The position numbers and the translations under genes are program-made. A DNA stretch of 64,000 nucleotides from Eledone cirrhosa. Lineage: Eukaryota. Of this stretch, positions 13,571-26,342 are shown piece by piece. Position 1 is the stretch's first letter, and every line of letters begins with the position of its first letter. The stretch spans positions 237,336,001-237,400,000 of the forward strand of contig OZ024741.1 of the NCBI GenBank assembly GCA_964016885.1, read 5' to 3'. The notes beneath the pieces are model-generated. The model did not search any database. It was not told where the DNA came from and saw nothing but the letters and a program-made list of their open reading frames with translations.

Positions 13571-14016
13571 TCGCCTAATTTAGGTGTTGCCTCCCTTGCG
13601 TAGGGTCAGTTACAGACACATCTATGTGGTCTTTAGAACTGAATCCCGTTGATAACGCGCACTCCTAGTTCAGTCAGGATACGAGAAACTTAACATCCTT
13701 TATGTAAGTGGACAGTAAATGACTTATGGAGCCGCAGAAACCCCAACACTGGACTTTACCATCATTCCAGGGGTCCGGTGAGTATAAAACATTTATGCTT
13801 TCATATATTTTTATATCTGTATATCTGTTTGACCCGAAATAGGAGATCGAATCTTCGCTGTGTGGATAATTAGTTTAACCACCATCTCAGTGTGTTTGGC
13901 CTTTAACGTAAGTTGTAAGCTCTAATTCTTTTGAATTATTGAGCGCTTGCCTCACAATTCGAAAGTGTTTTTTCGTTATTTCATAGGCTGAAATTCGATT
14001 CTCGCTAATTTTTACT

Positions 14017-14058
<42 letters not shown>

Positions 14059-14066
14059 ATATATAT

Positions 14067-14780
14067 GAAAAAATGGGGAGAAGAATACTGCTGGTTGCAC
14101 ATGGATAACATGTAATAAAATAAGTCCCTCATCAGTGATTTGCCGACGATCATAGATATTTCATTGCATTAAAAATCATATACCTCACGTCGGTGCAATA
14201 ATAACTAAATTAAGTTATTAGGACAATTAAAACGCGTAAAGCGAGTGAAACAAGATAACAACAAAGAGGATAGCTAACCGTAGAAGGAAGGGAACAAGCT
14301 TCATAGTTATTCTGTTAGCATAAACTAGGTGAATATATGAGCGCTTAGAAAAAAGACCTTTCAGGAGCGAATTCAAATGTGAGAAAGAGAGAAAATGATT
14401 TCGTCGCGAACGGGGTGAAGTGAGAAGAGGAGAAACAGTGAGTGAGTGAGTGAGTGGAAGTGTGAGGAAGAGTTAACTGACATGACAGAGGGGGCGAAAG
14501 AAAGTAGGAGAAACAGAGAGAGCGAGGGAGCAGTAAGAGAGAGAGAGATAAAAAAACAGAATCGCAGTTTAGGTAAATATATGTGAAAAAATGGGGAGAA
14601 GAATACTGCTGGTTGCACATGGATAACATGTAATAAAATAAGTCCCTCATCAGTGATTTGCCGACGATCATAGATATTTCATTGCATTAAAAATCATATA
14701 CCTCACGTCGGTGCAATAATAACTAAATTAAGTTATTAGGACAATTAAAACGCGTAAAGCGAGTGAAACAAGATAACAAC
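14067..14780. repeat. Direct duplication of about 195 bp with 518-bp period (partial tandem repeat)
   Basis: 14067-14262 is essentially identical to 14585-14780. Flanked by (TA)n on the left and (CA)n on the right. Confidence 0.9.
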
Positions 14781-14843
14781 ATATACATAGATAGATACAC
14801 AGGCACACACAAACACACATAGACGCGCACACACTCACACACT

Positions 14844-14934
<91 letters not shown>

Positions 14935-15070
14935 ACACATATATATATATACATACACAAACTTGTGTGTGTGTGTGCCTTGGTTTGAGTACAGAAAGAA
15001 TTTTGTCTACAGTTTTTTATTGCCAGGTCAAAGGCCACTGCTCTTTTCAACAACGCCAAATAACAACGCT

Positions 15071-15123
<53 letters not shown>

Positions 15124-15424
15124 AATGAAGAGAGAAAGAAGGAGGGACAGAGAGAGTGAAAATGTGTGTGTTTGGTACACGTCTATCTATCTATCTATTT
15201 ATCTCCAATAGGGGCTCACACATGCGGTCCGCGAACTACTTATCTATGGCCCGTGGTAGAACCAATATTTCATATTGCATTATAACTGGTGAAAACTTTC
15301 ACCCACCACCACGTTTGGCCCACTGTGCCTCTCCTCCAGGACGTAATAGCCCTTTTGTGTCCTTGAGTTTGAGACCCCTCTTCTACACACACACACACAC
15401 ACATATATATATTTTTCTTTTTTT

Positions 15425-15670
15425 CTGTCTCTGGACTACGACCATGCTGGAGCATGACCTTGGTAAGTAATGGGGACGTCAACAAACCAACAAGCATTGG
15501 TGGGAAGGCAAACACAAACGCAAAGATACACACAGACATATATACATATATACGACGGGCTTCTCTTAGTTTCGATCTATCAAATCCACTCACAGGGCTT
15601 TGGTCGGCTCGGGCAGTGGGACTGAACCCGGAAATATGTGGTTGGGAAACAAGCTTCTTGTCACACTGCA
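15425..15670 (-). mobile_element. tRNA-derived SINE (second family)
   Basis: Reverse complement of the GTGTGGT..AAG.TTG.TTCCCAACCA..GGTTCAGTCCCACT..GTGAGTGGATTTG family also seen at about 690-835(-), 24137(+), 45795(+) and 55078(+). Confidence 0.7.
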
Positions 15671-15874
15671 TATATATATATATATATATATATTAGAAAG
15701 TGAGGTTTTTTTTTTTTTTTTTTTTTTTGAGATGTGAGAAAAACCACAGACCCTCCATCTCAACTCACCTTTTGAAAAGCAGAAGAACTGCGAAACCGGT
15801 AAAGGAACCAAATAAATATATATATTTTTTAAAAAAATAAGACTTCAGTTGCATTTTCGATTTCATCCCTTTTT

Positions 15875-15921
<47 letters not shown>

Positions 15922-15959
15922 ATATTAATAAATGGAAACTATATTTATAAAAGCATATT

Positions 15960-16025
15960 TATTTTATTATACATATTTCAAGGGCAACCAAGGCAAATTA
16001 TGGCGCGTTTTCATCAGATAAAATA
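15960..16025 (-). ncRNA. Type I hammerhead ribozyme (family B1, diverged copy within 15918-16062)
   Basis: Minus strand TATTTTAT-CTGATGA..GCCA..TGGT..GAAAT-ATGT-ATA-ATAAAATA, with a perfect 8-bp stem I. Confidence 0.7.
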
Positions 16026-17369
16026 CAGATTTGTTTTATAAATAAATATTGACATACCCGGAAAAAAAAGACAACCTTAACGCTTGGAGCTTCCTGGATA
16101 GTGGAGATATTACATTTATTGAGGGTGATACAAAATTATGAGTGAGTATGCAAATGAGTGTCCGAAAGGTTGAAAAGATAACGGTTTATTTAAATTAAAC
16201 TGTTGGAAGAAGGTGATATGTGAGGGAGAGAGAAAAAAAAGAAAAAAAAAGAAGAAAGAAATGAGAAAGATAGAAGAGGAAAGAAAGAACGATTATATAT
16301 ATTGACAGTGAAAATAGCGTGCATGAAGAGATGAGTTTCAAAGGATAAATACACAGCATAAGTATATTTAAGTGAGAGAAGAAATGAAGAAATGAGAATA
16401 ACGTGGAAGAATAATATTTATAATGCAGGATTCATTATGTTTTGATTATAATAGTTATAATGATAGGTTGAACAATTAGATTAGAATTAAATTAAAATAA
16501 AAAAATTAGAAATCAAAATTAAAGATTAAAATTTACCTTAATATTAAAGATTTAATTTAATAATTTAATAATTAGTTTAAATGTGTATGTTAAGGATTAT
16601 AAATTATTTATATAAATATATATTATTTTACATTAGAGCAAATCTAGTATAGTTTATTTTATTAAAAGTTGTAAGTAAAAAATGTTAAACATCCAAATAA
16701 TTCTAAATTTATGAACATTTTCGAGAGTTTACAAAAGAATAACCACTTAGTTATATTATAAAAAACAGTAAGGAAGTGTAAAGGAAGTTATAAGTGATTT
16801 TTTAAGAACTCAGATGACTCTAAGGATTAAATGTTATAAAGTTAAAAAGTTAACATTTTTCATCTTAAGAATATAATTAAAACATGAACCATATGTTATT
16901 TTATACGAAGTCATAAATTTACTTGCTATAAAGTTAAAACATTTAAAAAATTTATCTTAAGAATATATTTAAAGCATAAACCATAGGTTACTCCACATAT
17001 ATATTAAAAAAATCATATGTTTTTCCACATATATATAAACATTTGGATATATATATTAAAAACGTTTGAAAATATAAGAATATAAAAATATAACAATATA
17101 AAAATATTGGAAGGTATGAAAATAATGGTTTTTCTATATCTTTTAAAGGAATTTTCAAAAGATTTTCTTAAAACCTTCCGTAAGATTTTCAAGAAAAAAT
17201 TTTCCTTAAAGGAGTTTCAAGCAGTCATATAAAGAAATGTTATAATCTATCGGTAGGTGTAATAATATATATGTGAAGTAGAGATAATAGAAAATAAATT
17301 AAATATATAAATCATATATAGATATAGAAGACATTATGTAAAATAGATAAATCATATATTACATTATAT

Positions 17370-19181
17370 ATATATATTTAAAAGTTGAGTTTAAACGATG
17401 TTTGCAGGAACTGAATAAATTATTTCGCAAATTAATAGAGTTCTTACTTTTTAGTATAAAGAATATTTCTTCAGCACAAAGGGAGCGATTTTGGGACAAA
17501 GCAGTGTATGAAGGAGCTTTGGAAATCATTTTCCAAAGTAAAGAATAGTTAATGTTCTTGGATTTCAAGTCCCATAATAAGTTAGATAGAGAAGTTGAAG
17601 ATTTTTTTACCAATATTCGTAAAAGAACATTTATGGTTATTAAAACGAGATTTGAAGTCTGTGGAAGTAGAGCCGACATAGTTAAAGGAGTTTTCATTTG
17701 TTTTGACATTACAATTGTATACTATATTTTTAACTAAACAATTATTATTTAGAGGACAGTTAGATTTATTTCTACAATTACATTTATCTAAATTTATATT
17801 ATTGGGAGCCGTAACATTATATTGGATATTGCTAGGGGTATTAATGCTATACTGGTTAGGTTTTAAGTTTCTATTATTAATTCTATTAATATTCTGCGCT
17901 AAATTCATAGTGGTGGAATATGAGAGTTTAATAGTATGTCTATTAAATATTGAGTAATACCTGTGTGTCCTAGGAAAGCACCTATCTAGAGCTTTAAAGA
18001 ATAGTTTAGCAATAGGAGTTTTAATACTTAATGAGAAAGGGGAGCGAACCATAATATATTTCTAGTTCTATTTTTTCTTTTGGTTTTCGAGTTAGTGTAA
18101 GGTTTTCTATTATACTATTTATAGTTATGGTTAGTTGGCACATCCTTATTATCAATGTATTTAATTTTATTACTATAGCCTGCTCTACCCAACGCTTCGT
18201 TATAATATTGTGCCTTATCTTCAAATATATTTTTATTAGCTGAAATTCTAGAAATACGTTGCTGCACAGAATTTACAATAGTGTTTTTAAGGGATCTGGG
18301 GTGATTGGAATTAAAGTTAACATAATTTAAATTCTCATTTATTTTATGAAATTGATAATAAAGACCAGTGTTAAGGTTTAAAGTTACATCTAAAAAATTA
18401 ACTATTTTATAATTATTCTCTACTTCTACTTTAAGATTAACGCTATTAAAAAGTTGTATAATTTCTTTTCTTTTCCTATTTATTTCACAATTATTATTAT
18501 TTTCAATAAGTAATAGCATATCGTCACGATATAGACCACCGGTCATCTCCGGTATTTTTCTATGTAAAGTATTGTTAATAAAAAGCCCCACAAGATCCGT
18601 TAATTGTGCCGAGTCCGATGATCCCATAGTGATATCGAAATTGTTATCTCTGTCTGATCTAATCCAAAGGTGGTTGCTAAATTTAATTAATGTTTTACGT
18701 GCAGTTAAGATAATGTGTATTTCATTGCTAGTTAAATCTGTATATTTAAATGCATATATAAGGGCTTTATTAAGTAGATTAGGAGTGATAGATGAGTAAT
18801 AATTAGCAATATCCAATTGAATGGATTTATTGTTATGCTTATATTTAATGTCCTTAAACCAGTCGATAACTTCATTAGTCCCATTCCATAATTTTAAATA
18901 AGATATTTCCTTAAGTTGTGGTATGATTCTATCTAAAATATTCTTGCTAAGTATGCCAAGGTCCGATTTGGATGGTGCAATCAATTTAACTGGTAATTCA
19001 ATTTCAAAATTTCTTTTATGGTCCTTCAGATTAATTTTTGGTTTCCTTGGTATGAAGGGTTGAGTCCTATTTTCGATGCCCAATTCCTGCATTATATGAG
19101 AAGCTTCAGTATGTTGAGTGGTTTATAACAGTTATAAAAATTGTTTAAGCTTGCTGAATCCCAACAAATTAAATATAACTC

Positions 19182-19184
<3 letters not shown>
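17370..19184 (-). mobile_element. 5'-truncated Penelope-like retroelement, Naiad-like (RT + C-terminal GIY-YIG), pseudogenised
   Basis: RT motifs LDIANYYSSI, FDITMGSSDSAQLTDLVGLFI and GLYRDD; linker CNCRNKSNCPLNNNC (CxCx5Cx5C); GIY-YIG NIVY..YVGST..FKSRFNNH; C-terminal LC.EE..N......CKH. One TAG stop and at least two frameshifts. Abuts (TA)n. The clade assignment is from recall of the motifs. Confidence 0.85.
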
Positions 19185-19243
<59 letters not shown>

Positions 19244-19328
19244 GAAAAATTGAACAGGGACAGAACAGAGAGACAGTACAATAAATGTTTATTAAATTCA
19301 CGCTCAGGAGAGTGGGGGGTAGGTGGGG

Positions 19329-19362
19329 GACGACGTTTCGGGCATAAGCCCTTCTTCAGGTG
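19329..19362 (-). ncRNA. Hammerhead-like core motif (stem I poorly paired)
   Basis: Minus strand CTGAAGA-A-GGGC-ttat-GCCC-GAAACGTC, the typical PLE terminal-repeat HHR layout; only 2 bp of stem I are visible. Confidence 0.5.
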
Positions 19363-20000
19363 AGAAGTGTGTGGGAACAGAGTTCAAAAGGTGTGTAAGG
19401 GAGTGGTGGAGAGACATATAGCGAAAGGAAACGGTGCGAATGAAAAATTAACAAATAAAGACAAAAAATATAATAAATAAAAATAAAGCATGATCAAAAT
19501 AAACTGAAATTAAAAGGGGGGTAAACAGGTGGTGGAAGGGTGTGGGGTAAGTAGGGGTGGTGGCGGGTGGAGTGGGGAGAGGGAGACGGGGTGTCCGAGC
19601 GGGGAGGGCTGAAGGTGGTGTGTGTGGTTAGGTGTGCGCGTGTGTGTGTGTGTGTGTGTATGTGAAAGTGAGGGTTGGGGGAAGAACGGGGTTGCATGTT
19701 CAGGAAGGTGTGTGTGGGGGGTGTTTTTGTGGGTCGGAGTGTCTGTGCGTGTGTGGATAGGGGGTGGGGGGAGAGGAATCAGGAGGCTGAGGGTGTAAAT
19801 ATGTGGTGGGAAGCACGTGTGTGTGGTTTAAGCGTGTTGTGGGTGTGGGTGGCGTGTGGATAAAAAAAATTTTTTGGGGGTGTGTGTGTGGGTGAGTTAT
19901 ATAGGTGATGGCGTAAGAGGATGGTTGAAAAGTTGGTAAGTTCCACGGATGTTTGGAGATTTGGTTAGAAGTCAATTTCGCGTGTGGGTAATCCAAGAAG

Positions 20001-20099
<99 letters not shown>

Positions 20100-20292
20100 G
20101 TGTGTGTGTCTGTGTGTATAATATATATATTATACACACACACACACACATATATATATATAACCTTTCACACTTAAATATAAATGCATGTATATATATA
20201 CAAATGTATAAATGCATAGCTCTATACATACGTAAATGTATGTATGTATGCATGTAGATTTATATATATGTATGTATGTATATTTATATATA

Positions 20293-20398
20293 TATATGAA
20301 AGACGTAAAATAAGAAAATTATAAAAATTAACTTACTTACTAAAATTTTAGTAAGTAAGTTAATTTTTATAATTTTCTTATTTTACGTCTTTCATATA
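20293..20398. repeat. Perfect spacer-less 106-bp palindrome
   Basis: TATATGAAAGACGT...ACTAAAA|TTTTAGT...ACGTCTTTCATATA, centred at 20345/20346. Confidence 0.95.
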
Positions 20399-21860
20399 AT
20401 TGTTCTGCATCCCCATGCATTGAACCACAAAGTTACTAAGACAAAACATATATTTGCTTGCATAGGTATACTTCTGTATATATATGAATAAGGACCAGTT
20501 GATATACTAATTCTTTATTTATATATATATATATATATATATGTAGATTTATATATATATATATAAATCTACATACATACATATATACATACATTTACGT
20601 ATGTATATAGCTATGCATTTATACATTTGTAAATATACATGCATTTATATTTAAGTGTGTAAGGATGTTGATATGATCTATGTCTTCTTTTTTGGGTAAG
20701 GAGAAAATTTTTGTCGCCAGATTTTATTACATAGGGAGATTAAATACCACACTTCTGGCTGAAAGTTGACCAGGTTCTCAACTTCATCAAACACTAACGC
20801 CGGCCTGTGTGTGTATATATGTGTGTGTGTGTATGTATGTGTATATATGTGTGTATGTATGTATGTATGTATGTATGTATGTATGTATGTATGTATGTAT
20901 GTATGTTCACCACCATTGCTTCTTCTTGTCATTTCTGTTGAAGTAGTCCTTACTTTCATTCCCTTTGATTTCTTTTGATTTTCTTTTATCTCCCTAGGGA
21001 ATTCGTTGACAAGCTTCTTTAATTTATTTTCTTTGTTTTCTTCATTCAAATCACTGGCTGCCTAAGAGACGTACAAACATGACTTATAAAAGTTACCAAA
21101 CTAAAGGGGCTTCTAGCGCCCTCAAAGTTTCAAACGCCCCATTACTGCATAGCGCCCCCCTGGAGCCACGAAACGCCCCCCCCCCCCCCCCCCCCCCCAG
21201 GGGGGTATATGCCCCCCGTTGAGAACCTTTACACTAGACGATACCACTCGAAACTGGCTGACACGTGGTTAGGAGGTGCTGGCTGGGTTTACGATCGAAG
21301 GCTTTTATCTTTACTCTATACCCCACCTTGATAACTTATCGAGATTCCCTATAATACACTTAAACTTTTTCATATAAGACTCTGTCGGTAATTTCATTAA
21401 ATAATTCTCGCAACACAAACCTTTAATTTTCTATTAATTTTCTAATAATTTAATTTCATCCTATAATTCTTAACATAAGTTAACGTTCCAATTTTCTGTT
21501 CACACATTAGACCATACAGACACCCATATATATGCCTTTGTTAAAATATGGGTTCTTTGGAATAACATTTTTCGCGGCGTCTTCTAGCTTGACTGTAGTG
21601 TGACCCTTACGCTGACTTTTCTTCTTTCTTTCTTTCTTTCTTTCTTTCTTCTTTTTTTATTCTCTGACGGAGAGTTGGTAGTACATTATAAGCCTTACCC
21701 CCCCTCCACACACACACACCCCACCAGATGGTCATTAGTAGACCGAGTTGCCATCACTTGAGGGCGACTGACCGAGGTGAAAGCAGCTAGTTGGTCAGTC
21801 GCCCTCTCTGTCTCTGATTTCGGACCCATGGATTTTATATATTCCTTTGTTATATTTCGA

Positions 21861-21918
21861 ATACCTGATGATATCATCGGATTCATACGGAACCCGGTCA
21901 TTGAAATGATCATAGTAT
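21861..21918 (+). ncRNA. Type I hammerhead motif (stem II partly decayed)
   Basis: ATAC-CTGATGA-tatcatcggattc/gaacccggtcatt-GAAAT-GATC-ATA-GTAT, with a palindromic stem III. Confidence 0.65.
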
Positions 21919-22110
21919 AATAAACTTTTCAAGGATTTACACCAGTCCAGCCTCCTGTTATTTTATTTATAATAATTAACTCCGTATTAGCACCACCAAC
22001 TACACAAACGAAGACGGATGAACTGCACTACGTTGAGTACTCTCCATAATATTACATCAATATTGACAATACGGAATGACCAATTTTATCCAGTGGTGAA
22101 CCAACAAACT

Positions 22111-22162
<52 letters not shown>

Positions 22163-22702
22163 GGAGTGAAGTTAGTGGTTGTTGTTGAAGAATACAATCA
22201 TTTTGGTTAGATATATATAACTTTACTTCACTTCAGCAAAAAGGATAAAGAATGTGATTTCTTTGAATCATAAAAATATAAAGTTTGATGGTAGCACTCA
22301 CAAATCAATAGTGTTCGTCAAAAAGTCCTTTGAGAATCTTGGAGAATCTTTGTTTAATATGTTATGCTCGATTGGAAAGTGACAAGTTGTTATCAGTCAG
22401 TTTTATCAGTATTGGTTGTGGTAAGCTCGCAGAGCAAGGGAGCTGTGTTGTCTACGTGAAGAGGCAGATGATTCTCTGTGTGGTTGAAGTGCCGATGGAA
22501 GAATTGTTGTCGGGCCCTTGTCGAGAGGGCTGTAGTATTTTGCTAAGCACTATCGAAGCGATGTTTCTCTTCCGAGGAACCAGAGTCGAATGACCCAAAG
22601 ATACACTTATCTCCCCTCACCTCAAGCTAACCAGCCCCAACCGAGATAAAGAGAAATAACAGCCAGATTTCATTCGGGGACCAGTATGTGCAAAGAGATT
22701 CG

Positions 22703-22792
<90 letters not shown>

Positions 22793-23289
22793 GCTTGGTG
22801 GAAAAATTCAGTTAAACAGAGGGGCTTTTGTTAGTGTAACGGTTGGGAACTACAGATGTAATTAATGAGGTGCGCAGGAGCGCCCTGTCTTGGGCATCTA
22901 AAACCTTGAACCTAGTACTAGGCTGATCCTTTTTTTTTATCGAGTTCAAAAGATAAAAGGCAAAGTTGACCACCGCAAAGCATTCTAACAATTTTGCCAA
23001 TTTGTCGCTTACAGAGGCAATAGTTAATGACTTTTGAAGAAAGGGGATATAATTTGAACAATGTAAGAAATGTATGTATGATCCCGTAACTCCTCTTGGA
23101 GTCGTATGGGAGCCGTAGTGTCATACGGCGTTTCTTAAGTATTTTAAACCTGGTGGAGCCCATCGCCTCTCTAGGTCTGAATACAGCAGATTTTTTCTAG
23201 AGAAGGATTGTAAGTGAGAGAAGGAAAGTGAGAAAGAGATATAGAAAATTGATCGGAATGATAAAAAAGAAAGTTAAAAGTTTCCCTCG

Positions 23290-23620
23290 AACGCAGATTG
23301 TCCCATACTCTCTGCTACCGTCTATCCTCATCAGTAATGGGAACTGACAAACCCAGCTCTCTCCACTGTAGTAAAGCTTCATCCATCTCCCTGGTGGAAC
23401 TAGTCCATGTTGGAAAGAAGAGGATGTCACCCACTAAAGGGGAGCAAGCGTGGATAGAGGAAAGAAAGCTAGGTAGGAACAAAGATGTGCATTGCGTAGA
23501 TCGAGACCTCCAAACCGTTTGGGCAAGGCAGCTTGGACTCTGGACATTGACCAGACCCTCGAGTTCACTGAATATGAGGTCGTCGAAGCGTTGGAGAGAC
23601 GACGAGAATTTGTAAGAGGG
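23290..23620 (-). mobile_element. CRE-like non-LTR retrotransposon internal fragment
   Basis: Frameshifted QAALPKRFGGLDLRNA and LPSFLSSIHACSPLV..EALLQW, the post-RT LP..GGLG motif region. Confidence 0.6.
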
Positions 23621-25004
23621 ACTAAGTACTTTTGTCATTTCATGTGGTGACGGACATTGAGTTAATGTACACTGTAGCAGCAATTTGTTTCACGTTACAA
23701 ATAGTAGCGCTTTAGAATTTAGAACCCCGCCAGACTAAAAATCAATGGAATACATACTATAAACCATTAAACTTTAGGAGTCACAAGCAAAATACATTCT
23801 CTACCCTTTTCTTTTCCTTACACAAGATATAAAACACTCATTTTACGACTTAATATTAAAAACATCATTGACAATGCGAGTAGCCTCTCTTAGACCAGTG
23901 ACTATCATATTTGATATGTAGAAGGAAGGGTCAACGAATAGGTTTCTATGTAGTCGTTCGACCTTCTAGAAATAGCAGCCAAATTTTATTCAAATGACAC
24001 GCTACCATTACCCCCCCCCCCCCTCCACACACACACACAAAACAGAGACGCAAGAAATTTAAATGCAATTGTCATGCATGCCTAGAACACTTTTTATTAT
24101 AAGCCTATTTGAGCAAAGTATGACCTGGAGCTATACGACTGTGTGGTTAAGAATTTCGCTTCACAACAACGTGGTTGCGGATTTAATAATACTACGCGCA
24201 CCTTAGGCAAGTATCTTCTACCGTAGCCATGTAAGTGAAATTTGGGCGGTGATGATTTGGTAACAAAACTGGGTTTTTAAAAAATATTAATTGATAGCAC
24301 TACCGTCTCCCGTCCTTTGCAATCATCCGATAGATGTTGTTTCATGGTTCTATCAGACAGAATTATGAATGTATTATCCTAGAGCAGTCATACGGCGAGA
24401 CAAAGTGACGCTGCAGAAATTTCAAAAGATTCGGCATAGTTAAACAGTTTTTCATCGGGAAAAAGTGTCGGACGCGCCTCAAACAGACGTATAGCGAAAT
24501 TACTGGTTGTATGAATGTAACAAAACGAGACAATGTTTGTGTATATAATATTTAATTAACGGTAGATAGAATACTTGACATGTCAAAGATAGATGTTAGA
24601 ATGAAACAAAGTTAGTAGTTACCGTTTTGATTGCCAGGCAAACGCGGCTGGCAGAGGGCGCCTGGCTAAGGCCAGGCGCCTGTTGGCCAAATTAATGGCA
24701 GAGCCAAATGAGAAGACTCTTGACCTGGTGCCGAAAAGGCAAAGAGAGAAAGGAAGCCTAAAGTTGTTAGTTTTATAGGGCTCTGACCGGAAGTTGCAGA
24801 AAGGGTTCCACTTCCCGTCTAGATCCTAATCAAAACAAGGGAGACAACCGCTACAGACGCAGTCTGCTCACGAGCGTTTCGGGCTGATGAAGCTTGGTCT
24901 TGTGGGTCAATACTAAACGAAAGGGGTGGAGTATATTCATTGAAGCTAACTCAGACCTCTTAGGTTTGTCAAACTGGAAATTCTAAGACCCCCAAAAGTT
25001 GATA

Positions 25005-25077
25005 CGCTCAATATGGGAGTCGAACCAATGACCCCAAAATTAAGAATTTCTTGATCTACCGACTGAGTTGGCTAAGC
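25005..25077 (-). pseudogene. Decayed tRNA-Lys(CTT) copy
   Basis: Colinear 73-nt match to 29273-29345, with many substitutions that break the acceptor, anticodon and T stems. Confidence 0.8.
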
Positions 25078-25190
25078 TATACGTATACTCATATTTATTC
25101 CGTTCGCTTATTTTTGTAGTGTTGTATTTGACTTTATTTTTGAGACTGATAACGATGGCGATCGAGACAAGCCATAGCCATAGAACATTG

Positions 25191-25381
25191 AACATTTTGA
25201 AGACCTTGCGCTATCATTTTTGTAGTAGTGACTATGTCACTTACTTCTTTTTTCGGCAAAGGAAGGGAGAGAAGCTGACAGATTCTGTTTCACACTGTTG
25301 GTGATCCTTTGCCGAAAATTATAGCGGCTGGATTCTCTAGTCACTGCTTAAAAAATGATAGCGCAAGGTCTTCAAAATGTT
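25191..25381. mobile_element. MITE-like fold-back element
   Basis: About 30-bp perfect terminal inverted repeats AACATTTTGAAGACCTTGCGCTATCATTTT, plus inner inverted pairs TAGTGACTA/TAGTCACTG and TTTTCGGCAAAGGA/TCCTTTGCCGAAAA. Confidence 0.7.
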
Positions 25382-25527
25382 TTAATTAAACATACGGTAT
25401 ATAATATGGGTAATATTAATATTATCCAATTACCAGTATGAGAGTAGCTCGATGTAAAATAATAAAGATAATACAGAGCTGGAATACTTTATAAATAACA
25501 ATCAAAGAATGTTTAATAACATTTAAT

Positions 25528-25574
25528 TACTAACGATCGTTTCATCCAAGCACAGGGCCGTATTCATCGGAGTA
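25528..25574 (-). ncRNA. Hammerhead-like motif with CCGAUGA core
   Basis: Minus strand TACT-CCGATGA-(weak stem II)-GAAAC-GATC-GTT-AGTA. Confidence 0.5.
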
Positions 25575-26263
25575 TAAATCAAAAGTTAGAACACAGATAA
25601 CTTTGTTAAAGAACATTCTGGGGATACCACATATGGGAAGAAAGCGAAAATAATAGATTTAAGAGAGGAAAGCAAGAAACACACGAAAAGCATGATCATG
25701 TAAATATGATTAAGAATCAACAGCAAGAGGCATTAAAAACAGGCTGATATAAAGGAAAGAAAAAAGAAAAAACCTGCTATAATGAATTTAAGCATAAAGT
25801 AGGCATATCGTGCATTGACAAATTTACACACAATATAAGCAATACAACATTCTATAAAAGCTAGTGCATGGATCAAATATAAACTTAAATTTAAGAATGT
25901 AACAATAATCTTCAAGGTACATTTTTAATATATTTCTATAATAAAACGTTCAGCTCCATTTTTCAGTTCTAAGTATATAGATGATCTATTATACTTCAAA
26001 TGTAGTCAGCAAAATAGACGTTAAACTGCTAAAATATCGTTATTATCAAAGATGATCAAACCACTCGAGATTATTAATATAGAGAGAATGATTAGCAAAG
26101 TAAGGTCCAATATATAATAGTTGCTATCATCTGCAAAAAGGTGCCACATATAAGAATATGATGCAGAAAGTCATATATTAATTCTAGATGACACCTTCTT
26201 AACATAAGATTTTTAAATCTATCAAATAACGGTTGATGGAGGAAGGGAATGAAAGGGAGGTAA

Positions 26264-26340
<77 letters not shown>

Positions 26341-26342
<2 letters not shown>

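Noticed and set aside
17370-19184. Possible selenocysteine (UGA) recoding, reported for some Naiad PLEs
   Set aside because: The interruptions are a TAG stop and frameshifts; I saw no in-frame TGA at conserved Cys positions.
24884-24925. CTGATGA...GAAA
   Set aside because: No stem III/NUH and no stem I pairing.
25940-26220. KYIDDLL reverse-transcriptase-like heptapeptide on the plus strand
   Set aside because: Surrounding frames are too degraded to confirm other RT motifs.
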